A DNA stretch of 64,000 nucleotides, taken from the NCBI GenBank assembly GCA_963677435.1, contig OY781945.1:2464001-2528000 (forward strand), read 5' to 3'. How positions within the stretch are numbered: position 1 is the stretch's first letter; every line of letters starts with the position of its first letter. Origin of the DNA: an uncultured Aliarcobacter sp. (GTDB lineage Bacteria > Campylobacterota > Campylobacteria > Campylobacterales > Arcobacteraceae). The position numbers and the translations under genes are program-made. This document shows, piece by piece, positions 30,689 through 40,311 of this stretch. Under the pieces are notes generated by a model, which saw nothing but the letters and a program-made list of their open reading frames with translations, searched no databases and was not told the origin of the DNA.

Positions 30689-31461
30689 TACCATATTTTC
30701 CATGGAGCATTACCACTATCCCAAAGTTTATTCAAATCATTTTTATCTTTTAAACTATCCATTGGAGACCAAAATCCTTTATGTTTATAAGTAAATAATT
30801 CTCCATCGAGTGCAAGATTTTTCAAAGGTGCTTGCTCAAAAATTGTATTATCACCTTCTGTTATATAATCGAATACTTTTGGTTCACATACAAAAAATCC
30901 AGCATTTATCCAATGACCATCCCCTTTCGGTTTTTCTTTAAATTCTTCAACTTGATTATTTTTATCTATATTTAAAGCACCAAATCTTCCATCTGGTTGA
31001 TGAGAAGTCATAGTAATAGCTTTTCCATGAGATTTATGAAATTTAATTAATTCATCAATATTTATATCTGATACTCCATCCCCATAAGTTAACATAAAAG
31101 CTTCATTTCCAATAAAATTTTGAGCCCTTTTTATTCTTCCACCTGTCATACTATTAAGACCAGTATCAAGAAGGGTAACCTTCCACGGTTCACTAGAATT
31201 ATTTAAAACCTCCATTTTTCCATTTTTCATATCAATTGTAACATCACTTTGATGTAAAAAATAATTTGCAAAATACTCTTTAATATAATATCCTTTATAT
31301 CCAAGAAGAATAACAAAATCATTAAAACCATATTTTGAATAAATTTTCATTATATGCCATAAAATTGGCTTACCAGCAATCTCAACCATCGGTTTTGGAC
31401 GGATATCAGTTTCCTCTGAAATTCGAGTTCCAAATCCCCCTGCTAATAAAACTACTTTCAT
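30688..31461 (-). CDS. rfbF: Glucose-1-phosphate cytidylyltransferase (DdhA)
   Basis: LAGGFGTRISEET..RPKPMVEI, DTG..MTGGR, LTYGDG, APWKIW. Confidence 0.96.
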   Translation of the reverse strand: MKVVLLAGGFGTRISEETDIRPKPMVEIAGKPILWHIMKIYSKYGFNDFVILLGYKGYYIKEYFANYFLHQSDVTIDMKNGKMEVLNNSSEPWKVTLLDTGLNSMTGGRIKRAQNFIGNEAFMLTYGDGVSDINIDELIKFHKSHGKAITMTSHQPDGRFGALNIDKNNQVEEFKEKPKGDGHWINAGFFVCEPKVFDYITEGDNTIFEQAPLKNLALDGELFTYKHKGFWSPMDSLKDKNDLNKLWDSGNAPWKIW

Positions 31462-32486
31462 TATTTTGCTCCTTCATTATATATTCTTAAATACCACTCA
31501 ATAGTCTTTATAATACCACTATCAAAGTTTTCATCAGCTTTCCATCCTAAATCATTTTCAAGTTTAGTTGCATCAATTGCATATCTTCTATCATGTCCTG
31601 CTCTATCTTCTACAAATGTGATTAATTCTTTATAAGAATTTTCTTTTGGAACCTCTTTATCTAGAATTGTACAAATTCTATCTACAATTTGAAGATTTGT
31701 TCTTTCATTTCTTCCACCAATGTTGTATGTTTCACCATTTTTACCCGTATGATAAACAATATCAATTCCTTTACAGTGATCAAGTACATATAGCCAATCT
31801 CGGATATTCTTTCCATCTCCATAAATTGGAATATTTTGATTAGATAATGCTTTTCTTATAATCGTTGGGATTAATTTCTCATCATGTTGTTTTGGTCCAT
31901 AATTATTTGAACAGTTAGTTATTACTGTATTCATTCCATATGTTTCATTATACGCTCTGATTATCATATCGCTAGATGCTTTAGAAGCAGAGTATGGAGA
32001 ATTGGGTGCATAAGGAGTTGATTCAGTAAATAAATCATTTGGATTAAGACTAAGTGTTCCATATACTTCATCAGTTGAAATATGATGAAATCTTGCATTT
32101 TGATATTTTTCTTTATAAGAAAATGGTTTATTCATCCAATATTTATATGCAACATCAATTAATGTAAATGTTCCATTTACATTTGTTTGTATAAATACTC
32201 CTGGATTTTTAATAGAATTATCTACATGAGATTCAGCAGCAAAATGAATAATACCTGAAATATCATATTCAGAAAAAATAAATTCTACTAATTCTCTATT
32301 ACAAATATCACCTTTTATAAATTTATATCTAGAATTATTTTCACACTCTTTTAAATTATCTAAATTTCCTGCATAAGTTAATAAATCTAAATTTATTAAC
32401 TTATATTCTGGATATTTATCTAAAAAATATGGAACAAAGTTCGATCCTATAAATCCAGCTGTTCCTGTTAGTAATATATTTTTCAT
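31461..32486 (-). CDS. rfbB: dTDP-glucose 4,6-dehydratase (RmlB)
   Basis: TGTAGFIGSNF, FAAESHVDNSI, ISTDEVYG, PYSASKA, NCSNNYGP, DRAGHDRRYAID. Confidence 0.96.
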   Translation of the reverse strand: MKNILLTGTAGFIGSNFVPYFLDKYPEYKLINLDLLTYAGNLDNLKECENNSRYKFIKGDICNRELVEFIFSEYDISGIIHFAAESHVDNSIKNPGVFIQTNVNGTFTLIDVAYKYWMNKPFSYKEKYQNARFHHISTDEVYGTLSLNPNDLFTESTPYAPNSPYSASKASSDMIIRAYNETYGMNTVITNCSNNYGPKQHDEKLIPTIIRKALSNQNIPIYGDGKNIRDWLYVLDHCKGIDIVYHTGKNGETYNIGGRNERTNLQIVDRICTILDKEVPKENSYKELITFVEDRAGHDRRYAIDATKLENDLGWKADENFDSGIIKTIEWYLRIYNEGAK

Positions 32487-33356
32487 TTATTTTTCTTTTA
32501 CTAAATCAATTAAATATTGGCCATATCCATTTTTAGATAAAGGTTTTGCTATTTTTAGTACTTGTTCTTTTGAAATCCATTTGTTATTATAGGCAATCTC
32601 TTCTAAGCAAGCTATTTTATATCCTTGCCTATGTTCAATTGTTTGTACAAATTGCCCAGCTTCAATCAAGCTATCATGAGTTCCTGTATCAAGCCATGCA
32701 AATCCACGTCCTAAAAGTTCAACTTTAAGTTTAGCCCTTTTTAAATACTCTTCATTTATTGATGTTATTTCTAACTCTCCTCTTGAAGATGGTTTTACAT
32801 TTTTTGCAATTTCAATAACACTGTTATCATAGAAATATAATCCAGTTACTGCAAAGTTTGATTTTGCTCTAGTAGGTTTTTCTTCAATACTAATTGCCTT
32901 ATTATTTTCATCAAATTCAACTACACCAAATCTTTCTGGATCCTTAACTTGATATCCAAAAACTATTGCTCCATCTTCTAAAGAAGCTGCTTTTTTAAGT
33001 ATCGGAGTAAATCCTTGTCCATAAAAAATATTATCTCCAAGAATTAAGCAAACATTATCTTTTGAGATAAAATTTTCAGCCAAAATAAAAGCTTGGGCTA
33101 ATCCATCAGGATTTGCTTGGATTTTATATTCTAAATTTATTCCCCAATCACTACCATCACCTAAAAGTTCTTCAAATTTCCCAATATCATGAGGAGTTGA
33201 AATAATCAATATTTCTTTTATTCCTGCAAGCATTAAAACAGATAAAGGATAATAAATCATTGGTTTATCATAAATAGGTAGTAATTGTTTACTAATACTT
33301 CTTGTTACTGGATAAAGTCTTGTTCCACTTCCTCCTGCTAATATTATACCTTTCAT
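32487..33356 (-). CDS. rfbA: Glucose-1-phosphate thymidylyltransferase (RmlA)
   Basis: [47 protein letters not shown]. Confidence 0.97.
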   Translation of the reverse strand: MKGIILAGGSGTRLYPVTRSISKQLLPIYDKPMIYYPLSVLMLAGIKEILIISTPHDIGKFEELLGDGSDWGINLEYKIQANPDGLAQAFILAENFISKDNVCLILGDNIFYGQGFTPILKKAASLEDGAIVFGYQVKDPERFGVVEFDENNKAISIEEKPTRAKSNFAVTGLYFYDNSVIEIAKNVKPSSRGELEITSINEEYLKRAKLKVELLGRGFAWLDTGTHDSLIEAGQFVQTIEHRQGYKIACLEEIAYNNKWISKEQVLKIAKPLSKNGYGQYLIDLVKEK

Positions 33357-33571
33357 TTATCATGATCTCCAATCACCATACTTTTAATATTATAATTAAC
33401 TTGATTTTTATTATTAAAATATAAATTAAATTTCATACTATTTTTCACCGTTTTATTTATTTGTTCTGTTGAGAATTCTAAAGTTCTACCATATACATCA
33501 AATAACGCATCAATTCTAAGTTTTAATATATCAAATGTTATTATCATGTCGATTTTTTTAGATTTAATCAT
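33353..33571 (-). CDS. Small hypothetical protein (72 aa) filling the wzz-rmlA gap
   Basis: The start overlaps the wzz stop by 8 bp and the stop overlaps the rmlA start (ATGA). No recognisable motif. Confidence 0.4.
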   Translation of the reverse strand: MIKSKKIDMIITFDILKLRIDALFDVYGRTLEFSTEQINKTVKNSMKFNLYFNNKNQVNYNIKSMVIGDHDK

Positions 33572-34670
33572 TATTTTTTCTTAAATAATTTATAAATTGT
33601 ATAAGAAATATTAAAAAAATTGAAAAGATAAATCCACTTATAAAAGCAGAAATAATAATAAGACTTTTTTTAGGTTTAATAGGATTATTATTGAATGTGA
33701 AATTTCCTATCATCTCACTATTCTTTGCTATATTATTTGTCAATTTTAATTTCTCAAATTCTAAATTATTATTTAAATTATTTATTTTTTCTTCTAGTTT
33801 TATATTTAAATCTATCTCTAAATTTTTCACATTTTCATTAATTAAGTTTTCTTTCTTAACTTCTAAATCTTTTAATTTTAAATTTAATATATCTTCTTTT
33901 TCTTTTGTCAAATTTTCTATTGTATTTTGTATACTTAAAATTAAATTTTGTGTATTTAAAAGTTGTATAGACATAAGCATATTTTGACTATTATCAGTTG
34001 AACTTTGTTTTGAAATTTTTATGATATCATTTTGATATTCATTCAATTTTTTCTGATTAAATATTAATTTGTTTTCTATAGATTTTAAATCTACATTTTT
34101 TAATAATTCTATTTCTTGATTTATTCTAGGAATTTCTTGTTCTTTTATTTTATCTATGTTTTGTTTTATGCTTGGTTTCTCTATATTTTCAACATATTTA
34201 ATTTGAGTCTCTATATTTTTTATATTTATATCAGTTTTTAATATAAATTCATCAATCTTAAATTTATATTCATTTTGTATAAATTCTATTACTTCTTTAT
34301 TTTTTTTAATTGCTAGTTCATTTGAATATCCTTCAGTCGTAATTTCTAAAAAATTATTAGCATTTTTAATACTAGATATTTCAGTTAATTTAGCTTTATC
34401 TTTTTCGTCAGTTAATTTTGTCTTAGGTGAAAAAATTAATTTAAGTTTCGTTTCTAAAATATTAGCATTTTCAACTAAAGCGCCGCCAATATAACCAATT
34501 CTAACTACAGATTTTACTTCGTAAATTGGTGTTTTTACACTAACATAAATAACTGCTAAAAAAGTGACGATTAATGTAACAATTAATATAAAAAACTTTT
34601 TTTTAATAATTGTTTTAAATACTTCTCTTAAATCTATTTCATCTTCTGTTATGTATTCTTTATCTTGCAA
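33564..34670 (-). CDS. wzz: Wzz-type polysaccharide chain-length determinant
   Basis: EDEIDLREVF, N-terminal TM, long coiled coil, PIKPKK followed by a C-terminal TM; TTG start. Confidence 0.88.
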   Translation of the reverse strand: MQDKEYITEDEIDLREVFKTIIKKKFFILIVTLIVTFLAVIYVSVKTPIYEVKSVVRIGYIGGALVENANILETKLKLIFSPKTKLTDEKDKAKLTEISSIKNANNFLEITTEGYSNELAIKKNKEVIEFIQNEYKFKIDEFILKTDINIKNIETQIKYVENIEKPSIKQNIDKIKEQEIPRINQEIELLKNVDLKSIENKLIFNQKKLNEYQNDIIKISKQSSTDNSQNMLMSIQLLNTQNLILSIQNTIENLTKEKEDILNLKLKDLEVKKENLINENVKNLEIDLNIKLEEKINNLNNNLEFEKLKLTNNIAKNSEMIGNFTFNNNPIKPKKSLIIISAFISGFIFSIFLIFLIQFINYLRKNND

Positions 34671-34697
34671 GATTATTCCCTAAAAATTAAGTTTGTG

Positions 34698-34705
34698 ATT
34701 ATAGC
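34698..34705 (-). promoter_or_regulatory. Putative sigma70 -10 element (gcTATAAT) for the polysaccharide operon
   Basis: The minus strand reads TTAGCTATAATCAC, 27 nt upstream of the wzz TTG; matches the Campylobacterota gnTAnAAT consensus. Confidence 0.55.
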
Positions 34706-34727
34706 TAATCAAATGACTCATAATTGA

Positions 34728-34745
34728 CTCTTTTTTCAAAAAGAG
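34728..34745 (-). terminator. Short hairpin, possible terminator downstream of dnaB
   Basis: CTCTTTTT-TC-AAAAAGAG inverted repeat in the dnaB-wzz spacer; weak, AT-rich stem. Confidence 0.35.
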
Positions 34746-34817
34746 AAAATATCTATTAATTTGCTATTATAATTGTTAATTGTACAACCATTTATCTAAT
34801 AATAAGTTTACATATTT

Positions 34818-36260
34818 TTACAAAATATCTGGAATATCGATATTTGTTTCTCTTTCTGTATCTGCAATATTTTCAAATACCATTTCTATTGGCGCACTAC
34901 TATGGTCATTTTCTTTGTCAACAAATCTTGTAAGGGCTTTTTGGAAATTAAGTTTTACTGTTCCAATTGGTCCATTTCTTTGTTTTCCTATAATTACTTC
35001 TGCTTCTTCTTCTGGTTTATTTATAAATTTTGATTTATAATCTTCACCTTTATCTTTGGCTTCTTTCTCTTTTCTTGCTTCATCTCTTTCTTTATAAACA
35101 TCATCCCTATAAACAAACATGATAATATCCGCATCTTGCTCGATGGCTCCAGATTCTCTTAAATCTGATAACATTGGTCTTTTATCTGGTCTATTTTCAA
35201 GTCCCCTATTTAACTGAGAAAGGGCAATAATAGGAATTTTCATCTCCCTTGCAAGCATTTTAAGTCCCCTTGAAATATCAGAAACCTCTTGGTGTCTATC
35301 TTTATTTCCAGTTCCTTGCATTAGCTGAAGGTAATCGATGATTACAAGTTTTATATTATTTGCTTCATTTTGGGCAAGTTTCCGCACTCTTGCACGAAGT
35401 TGATTAATATTAATACTTCCACCATCATCCACAAAAAGTTTTTTTGTATTTAAATCATCAAAAGCACCACTTAAGTTTGTCCATTGTTGATCATCCATAT
35501 CACCTTTTCTGAGATTTTGTAATGGAATTGAAGTTTTTGCAGATAACATCCTTAACATCAATTGTTCTGCTGGCATTTCTAGGGAGAAAAATATTACACC
35601 TTTTCCCGCTTCAACATTTTTTAAAGCCATATTTAAAACAAGTGCAGTTTTTCCCATCGCTGGCCGTGCTGCAATAATAATTAAATCTCCTGAGTTAAAA
35701 CCTGTTGTTCTTCTATCCAGTGCTTCAAATCCTGTTGTTTCACCAATAAGATGTTTATTCCCCATCTTTTTCATTTGCTCTATATATGAAAGAGTTTCGT
35801 GTGTTATGGCTTTCATATCTTTTAATTCAGATGTTGCTGAATCAGTAGAGATTTTGTAAAGTTCACCTTGAATTGTATCAAGTGCTTCGTTTGCACTCAT
35901 TTCCTCTTCAATTGCTACTTTTTTTATTGTTGTTGCAAGTGTTGCTAACTCTCTTTTTACTGAACCATCTTTAATTTCACGAACATATGCTAAAGTATTT
36001 GTAATTGGATTTGCTGAAAGTATTTCTAATAAAATAGAGTCATCAACATCTTTTGCATCAACTCTTTTTCTTATAAATTCTTCATCAATTGGCATATCAT
36101 CATTATGAAGTTTTACCATTACCTCAAATATTTTTTTATGTGCTGGTAAATAAAAATCTTTAGGTTTTAATACACCTAAAACATCTTCAAGTTCTTCAGG
36201 ATTAAAAAGAATAGAGCTTAGTACAGCTCTTTCTATATTTATACTATATACGCTATCCAT
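34818..36260 (-). CDS. dnaB: Replicative DNA helicase
   Basis: AARPAMGKT, FSLEM, IDYLQL, LSQLNR, SDLRESGAIEQDAD, KQRNGP. No intein. Confidence 0.97.
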   Translation of the reverse strand: MDSVYSINIERAVLSSILFNPEELEDVLGVLKPKDFYLPAHKKIFEVMVKLHNDDMPIDEEFIRKRVDAKDVDDSILLEILSANPITNTLAYVREIKDGSVKRELATLATTIKKVAIEEEMSANEALDTIQGELYKISTDSATSELKDMKAITHETLSYIEQMKKMGNKHLIGETTGFEALDRRTTGFNSGDLIIIAARPAMGKTALVLNMALKNVEAGKGVIFFSLEMPAEQLMLRMLSAKTSIPLQNLRKGDMDDQQWTNLSGAFDDLNTKKLFVDDGGSININQLRARVRKLAQNEANNIKLVIIDYLQLMQGTGNKDRHQEVSDISRGLKMLAREMKIPIIALSQLNRGLENRPDKRPMLSDLRESGAIEQDADIIMFVYRDDVYKERDEARKEKEAKDKGEDYKSKFINKPEEEAEVIIGKQRNGPIGTVKLNFQKALTRFVDKENDHSSAPIEMVFENIADTERETNIDIPDIL

Positions 36261-37321
36261 TATTTTCTTTTTTCTGCTTCGATTTCAACTTCTTCTATAA
36301 ATCTATTTATCAACGCATCTCCTGATAGTTTGGCAATAATTTCACCTTTTTTCATTACAAGTCCGCTTCCTTTTCCAAAAGCAATTGCAACATCAGCAGA
36401 TTTTGCTTCTCCGATTGCATTTACAACACAACCCATAACTGAAACATCAAGTGGTGTTTTTATATGTTTTGTTCTTCGCTCAACTTCAGCCACGGCACTT
36501 ACTAAATCTGCTTCTATTCTTCCACATGTTGGACAAGAAACTATATTTAAGCCCTCTTTTGCAATTCCAACATCTTTAAGTATTGCTTTTCCAACTTTTA
36601 TCTCTTCTTCAAGTTCACCAGTCATTGAAACTCTTAAAGTATCACCAATTCCATCAAGTAATAAAGAACCTAAGGCAATTGATGATTTGATTGTTGAGTG
36701 AAATTGAGTTCCGGCTTCTGTAACTCCTAAGTGAAATGGATAGTTATTCATAGGTCTTAATTTTCTATAAGCTTCCACTGTTCTTTGAACATCACTAGCT
36801 TTTAGAGAAATTTTCATATTTGTAAAACCTAAATCTTCAAGATATTTGATATTATAATCAGCACTTGCAACCATACCTTCTGGTGTTTGTCCATATTTAT
36901 CTTCAAACTGTTTTTCAAGCGACCCTGAATTTACTCCAATTCTAATAGGTATATTTCGCTCTGTACAAGCCTTAACAACTTCTTGAACTCTTTTTCTATC
37001 TCCAATATTTCCTGGATTTATTCTAATACAATCTACAACTTCAGCAGCAATTAAAGCTAATTTATAATGAAAATGAATGTCTGCTACAAGTGGTAGAGAA
37101 ACTTGTGATTTAATCTCTTTTAATGCTAAGGCTGCTTCCATATTTGGAACAGCAACTCTTACTATATCAGCACCAGCAAAATGTAAAGCTGTAATTTGTT
37201 CAACTGTTGCTTTTATATCTGATGTTTTTGTAAATGTCATTGATTGTACAGGAATTGGAGCATCGCCACCAATTGGTACATTTCCGACGAATATTTGTTT
37301 AGTTGGGTATCTTTTTATCAT
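36260..37321 (-). CDS. ispG: 4-hydroxy-3-methylbut-2-en-1-yl diphosphate synthase
   Basis: [47 protein letters not shown]. Confidence 0.97.
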   Translation of the reverse strand: MIKRYPTKQIFVGNVPIGGDAPIPVQSMTFTKTSDIKATVEQITALHFAGADIVRVAVPNMEAALALKEIKSQVSLPLVADIHFHYKLALIAAEVVDCIRINPGNIGDRKRVQEVVKACTERNIPIRIGVNSGSLEKQFEDKYGQTPEGMVASADYNIKYLEDLGFTNMKISLKASDVQRTVEAYRKLRPMNNYPFHLGVTEAGTQFHSTIKSSIALGSLLLDGIGDTLRVSMTGELEEEIKVGKAILKDVGIAKEGLNIVSCPTCGRIEADLVSAVAEVERRTKHIKTPLDVSVMGCVVNAIGEAKSADVAIAFGKGSGLVMKKGEIIAKLSGDALINRFIEEVEIEAEKRK

Positions 37322-37327
37322 AGCGTG

Positions 37328-37338
37328 ATTTTATCACA
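37328..37338 (-). promoter_or_regulatory. Putative -10 promoter element (TGTGATAAAAT) of ispG, positioned for leaderless transcription
   Basis: Minus strand: TGTGA-TAAAAT-cacgct-ATG; no Shine-Dalgarno sequence. Confidence 0.55.
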
Positions 37339-37430
37339 AATTTATTAATTCTAAATGAAAACCTTAATCAAAAGAAAAGTTATCTTTCAATACAATCAAT
37401 TCATATAAATCTACTAAAAGTCTATAATTA

Positions 37431-39509
37431 ATGTACAAAAAGAAAAAAAATATTTTCATTGCTGTCTTGTGTTTTTTAATTTTAACTATTTTTATAGTAT
37501 CAGGAACTTACTACTATATTTCAGATAAACAAAAAACGCTTTTAACTTCTATTTACAATTCTACAAATACAAATATTTTAAAATTAACAGAAAATTTTTT
37601 AACAAATAAAAGAGATGCAACCCTATCAATTGCCTTAGCACTTGCAAAAGATAATGAATTGCAAAAATTTATTATCAATCAAGAGTATGAAAATTTTAAT
37701 TACAAAGAAATTTCTGAACAAATGAAGGAAAACACAAAATTCAAAAATATTTGGATTCAAATTGTAGATAAAAATGGAAATAGTATTTACCGTTCATGGA
37801 CTGATAAAAAAGGTGATAATCTTCTTTTTAGGAAAGATTTAAAAAATTTTATTGAAAATAAAACTATATCAACTTCAATTAGCGTAGCATTATATTCAAT
37901 GACAATAAAAGCTCGAGCTCCAATAATTGATAGAAAAAATAATTTTTTAGGAGCTATTGAAGTAATTAGCCATTTTGATTCTATTGCTTATGACTTAAAA
38001 GAAAATAATATTGATTCAATTGTAATAGCAGATAAAAAATATAAAGAAGTTATCAAACTTCCTTACACAGAAACATTTATAGGTGATTATTATATTGCAA
38101 ATAAAAATGCAAATAAAGAATTAGTTAACTATTTAACTAGTAATAAAATAGAAAACTATTTAAATATTGACACTTATATTATTGAAAATAATTATCTAAT
38201 TTCAAAATATAATCTTTTTAATGACAAACATGAAAGATTAGGAGATATTGTAAATTTTATTAAATTAAGTGATATAGATATGCAAGTTGTAAAATCTTTC
38301 AAAATTCAAATTGTAATGATATCTATAATTATTCTAATAGTAATTTTCTTCTCTTTTTTACTATATTTATATTCAAGTTATCTAAAACAGTTAAAAATTC
38401 AAGAAAAGAAAAAAGAATCAATTCTTAATTCTCAACAAAATATTATTGTAATCACAAATGGAGCTGAACTAATTGATGCAAATAAAAGATTATATGATTT
38501 CTTTAGTGATACAAAAGATTTAGCAAGTTTCCGAGAAAAATATAAATGTATTTGTACTTCTTTCATCAATATGGAAAATGACTTATACATTATAGAAAAG
38601 TATTATAATGGCAAAAACTGGGCAGAATATATTCTTGCAAATCCAACACAAAATTTTAGAGTAGCAATGAAAAATATGAAAAATGAAATTAGACATTTTT
38701 CTATTAAATGCTCAAAATTCAAGCTTGAAGAATTAATTATTGTTACTTTAACTGATATAACTCAAGAGATATTGCAAATTGAAGCCAATAAAGAAAAAGA
38801 TAGAATATTTTTTCAACAATCAAAAATTGCAGCCATATCAGATACCCTTAAGCATATTGCTCATCAATGGAGACAACCTTTAAGTGTTATTAGCACAATT
38901 ACTAGTGGAATGAAACTTCAAAAAGAGTTAAAATTATTAGATGATAATACATTTAATGAATCATGTGATTTAATAATTGATAATACAAATAAGTTATCGC
39001 TTACAATAGAAAATTTTACAAACTTTTTTAATAAAGATGAGGAAATAACAAAATTTCAACTAGTAGAAAATATAAGTAATACAAAAAACTTTATGCATTC
39101 AATTTTAAAAGAAAATAATATAAAATGTTCATTAGTTTATGATAATGATTTAATTTTGAATTGTAATAAAAGTGACTTTACACAAGCTATTTTTAATATT
39201 TTAGATAATTCTATTCATGCTTTAATATCAAAGCAAAATATTGATGATAGATTTATATTTATTGAATTTAAAAATAAAATCTTAGAAATAAAAGATTCTG
39301 GAAATGGAATAGATGAAGATATTATTTCAAAAATTTTAGAGCCCTATTTTACTACAAAACATGAATCTTTTGGAGTAGGACTAGGGTTATATATAGTAAA
39401 TGAGCTTTTTGTTAAGAACTTAGGTTATAAAATTGATATAAAAAATGTAACTTATACTTATGATAATAAAAATTATAATGGTACGAGTTTTATTATTGAT
39501 TTTAATTAA
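37431..39509 (+). CDS. Membrane sensor histidine kinase (periplasmic Cache-like domain, PAS-like region, HisKA/HATPase); orphan
   Basis: Two TM helices; H-box IAHQWRQPL, N-box NILDNSIHA, DSGNGI, PYFTTK, GVGLGL. Confidence 0.9.
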   Translation: MYKKKKNIFIAVLCFLILTIFIVSGTYYYISDKQKTLLTSIYNSTNTNILKLTENFLTNKRDATLSIALALAKDNELQKFIINQEYENFNYKEISEQMKENTKFKNIWIQIVDKNGNSIYRSWTDKKGDNLLFRKDLKNFIENKTISTSISVALYSMTIKARAPIIDRKNNFLGAIEVISHFDSIAYDLKENNIDSIVIADKKYKEVIKLPYTETFIGDYYIANKNANKELVNYLTSNKIENYLNIDTYIIENNYLISKYNLFNDKHERLGDIVNFIKLSDIDMQVVKSFKIQIVMISIIILIVIFFSFLLYLYSSYLKQLKIQEKKKESILNSQQNIIVITNGAELIDANKRLYDFFSDTKDLASFREKYKCICTSFINMENDLYIIEKYYNGKNWAEYILANPTQNFRVAMKNMKNEIRHFSIKCSKFKLEELIIVTLTDITQEILQIEANKEKDRIFFQQSKIAAISDTLKHIAHQWRQPLSVISTITSGMKLQKELKLLDDNTFNESCDLIIDNTNKLSLTIENFTNFFNKDEEITKFQLVENISNTKNFMHSILKENNIKCSLVYDNDLILNCNKSDFTQAIFNILDNSIHALISKQNIDDRFIFIEFKNKILEIKDSGNGIDEDIISKILEPYFTTKHESFGVGLGLYIVNELFVKNLGYKIDIKNVTYTYDNKNYNGTSFIIDFN

Positions 39510-39564
39510 ACTTCTATTTTGTAAAGATTAGATACAATGCACGGATTATAAGAAAAGGGGCGGT

Positions 39565-40299
39565 ATGCAAGATTTTTCTATTTTTGATTTAATTATTATA
39601 TCTGTTACTCTAATATTGGGACTTAAAGGACTATTTAGAGGATTAATAAAAGAGATATTTGGAATTGTTGGTATCATTGGTGCAATTTTTGTGGCATCAA
39701 GAATTTCAAAAGATGTGGGAGATTTAATTGCTCCAATTTTAGCTATACAAAGTGAAGCAACAACAAAATTAATTGGTTTTATAATTGCTTTAATTGGTTT
39801 TTGGTTAATTGTTTATGTTCTTGGCGTAATAGTTAGTAAAATCTTTTCAGCAAGTGGATTAGGTGTTGTAGATAGGATTTTTGGATTTTTGTTTGGTGCC
39901 GCAAAGGTATTTTTAATATTTTCAGTTATTGCTTATGCCTTATATCAAGTTCAATCATTTAGAAAATTAATAGATGAAAAATTTGCAAATTCTTATGTAA
40001 TGCCTCATTTAATAAGTGTAGGTTCATATATAATCAAGCTTGATACAAGTGCAATTACAAATAGTGTTGATAAAGTAATAGATTCAGCAAAAACTTCAGA
40101 AATTTTAGATGAAACTAAAAATAGTATAAAAGAAGGTGTAGAAGCAACTACACAAAGTGTAAAAGGTGCTGTTCAAGAAGAGATTGTAAATAATATTCAA
40201 GAAAAATTTGAAGAAACAAAAGCAGCTACAGAAGAACAAATAGATACTACAAAAAATAAATTAAAAAGTATAGCTAACAAATCAGAAGAAAATAAATAA
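39565..40299 (+). CDS. cvpA: CvpA (colicin V production) family membrane protein
   Basis: KGLFRGLIKE, GLGVVDRIFGFLFG; upstream of lysS. Confidence 0.88.
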   Translation: MQDFSIFDLIIISVTLILGLKGLFRGLIKEIFGIVGIIGAIFVASRISKDVGDLIAPILAIQSEATTKLIGFIIALIGFWLIVYVLGVIVSKIFSASGLGVVDRIFGFLFGAAKVFLIFSVIAYALYQVQSFRKLIDEKFANSYVMPHLISVGSYIIKLDTSAITNSVDKVIDSAKTSEILDETKNSIKEGVEATTQSVKGAVQEEIVNNIQEKFEETKAATEEQIDTTKNKLKSIANKSEENK

Positions 40300-40311
40300 A
40301 GGGATTTAATA

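Noticed and set aside
31461..33356. dTDP-L-rhamnose pathway
   Set aside because: rmlC and rmlD are absent from the cluster; the fdtA/B/C-like genes account for use of the RmlAB product.
34780..35040. 86-aa plus-strand ORF with an upstream TATAAT-like box
   Set aside because: Mostly antisense to the dnaB 3' end with a TTG start and no ribosome-binding site. An antisense promoter cannot be excluded, but TATAAT-like words are common in this AT-rich DNA.
34818..36260. Intein or mobile insertion in dnaB
   Set aside because: Length is normal; the charged insert (KERDEARKEKEAKDKG) is short and lacks intein motifs.
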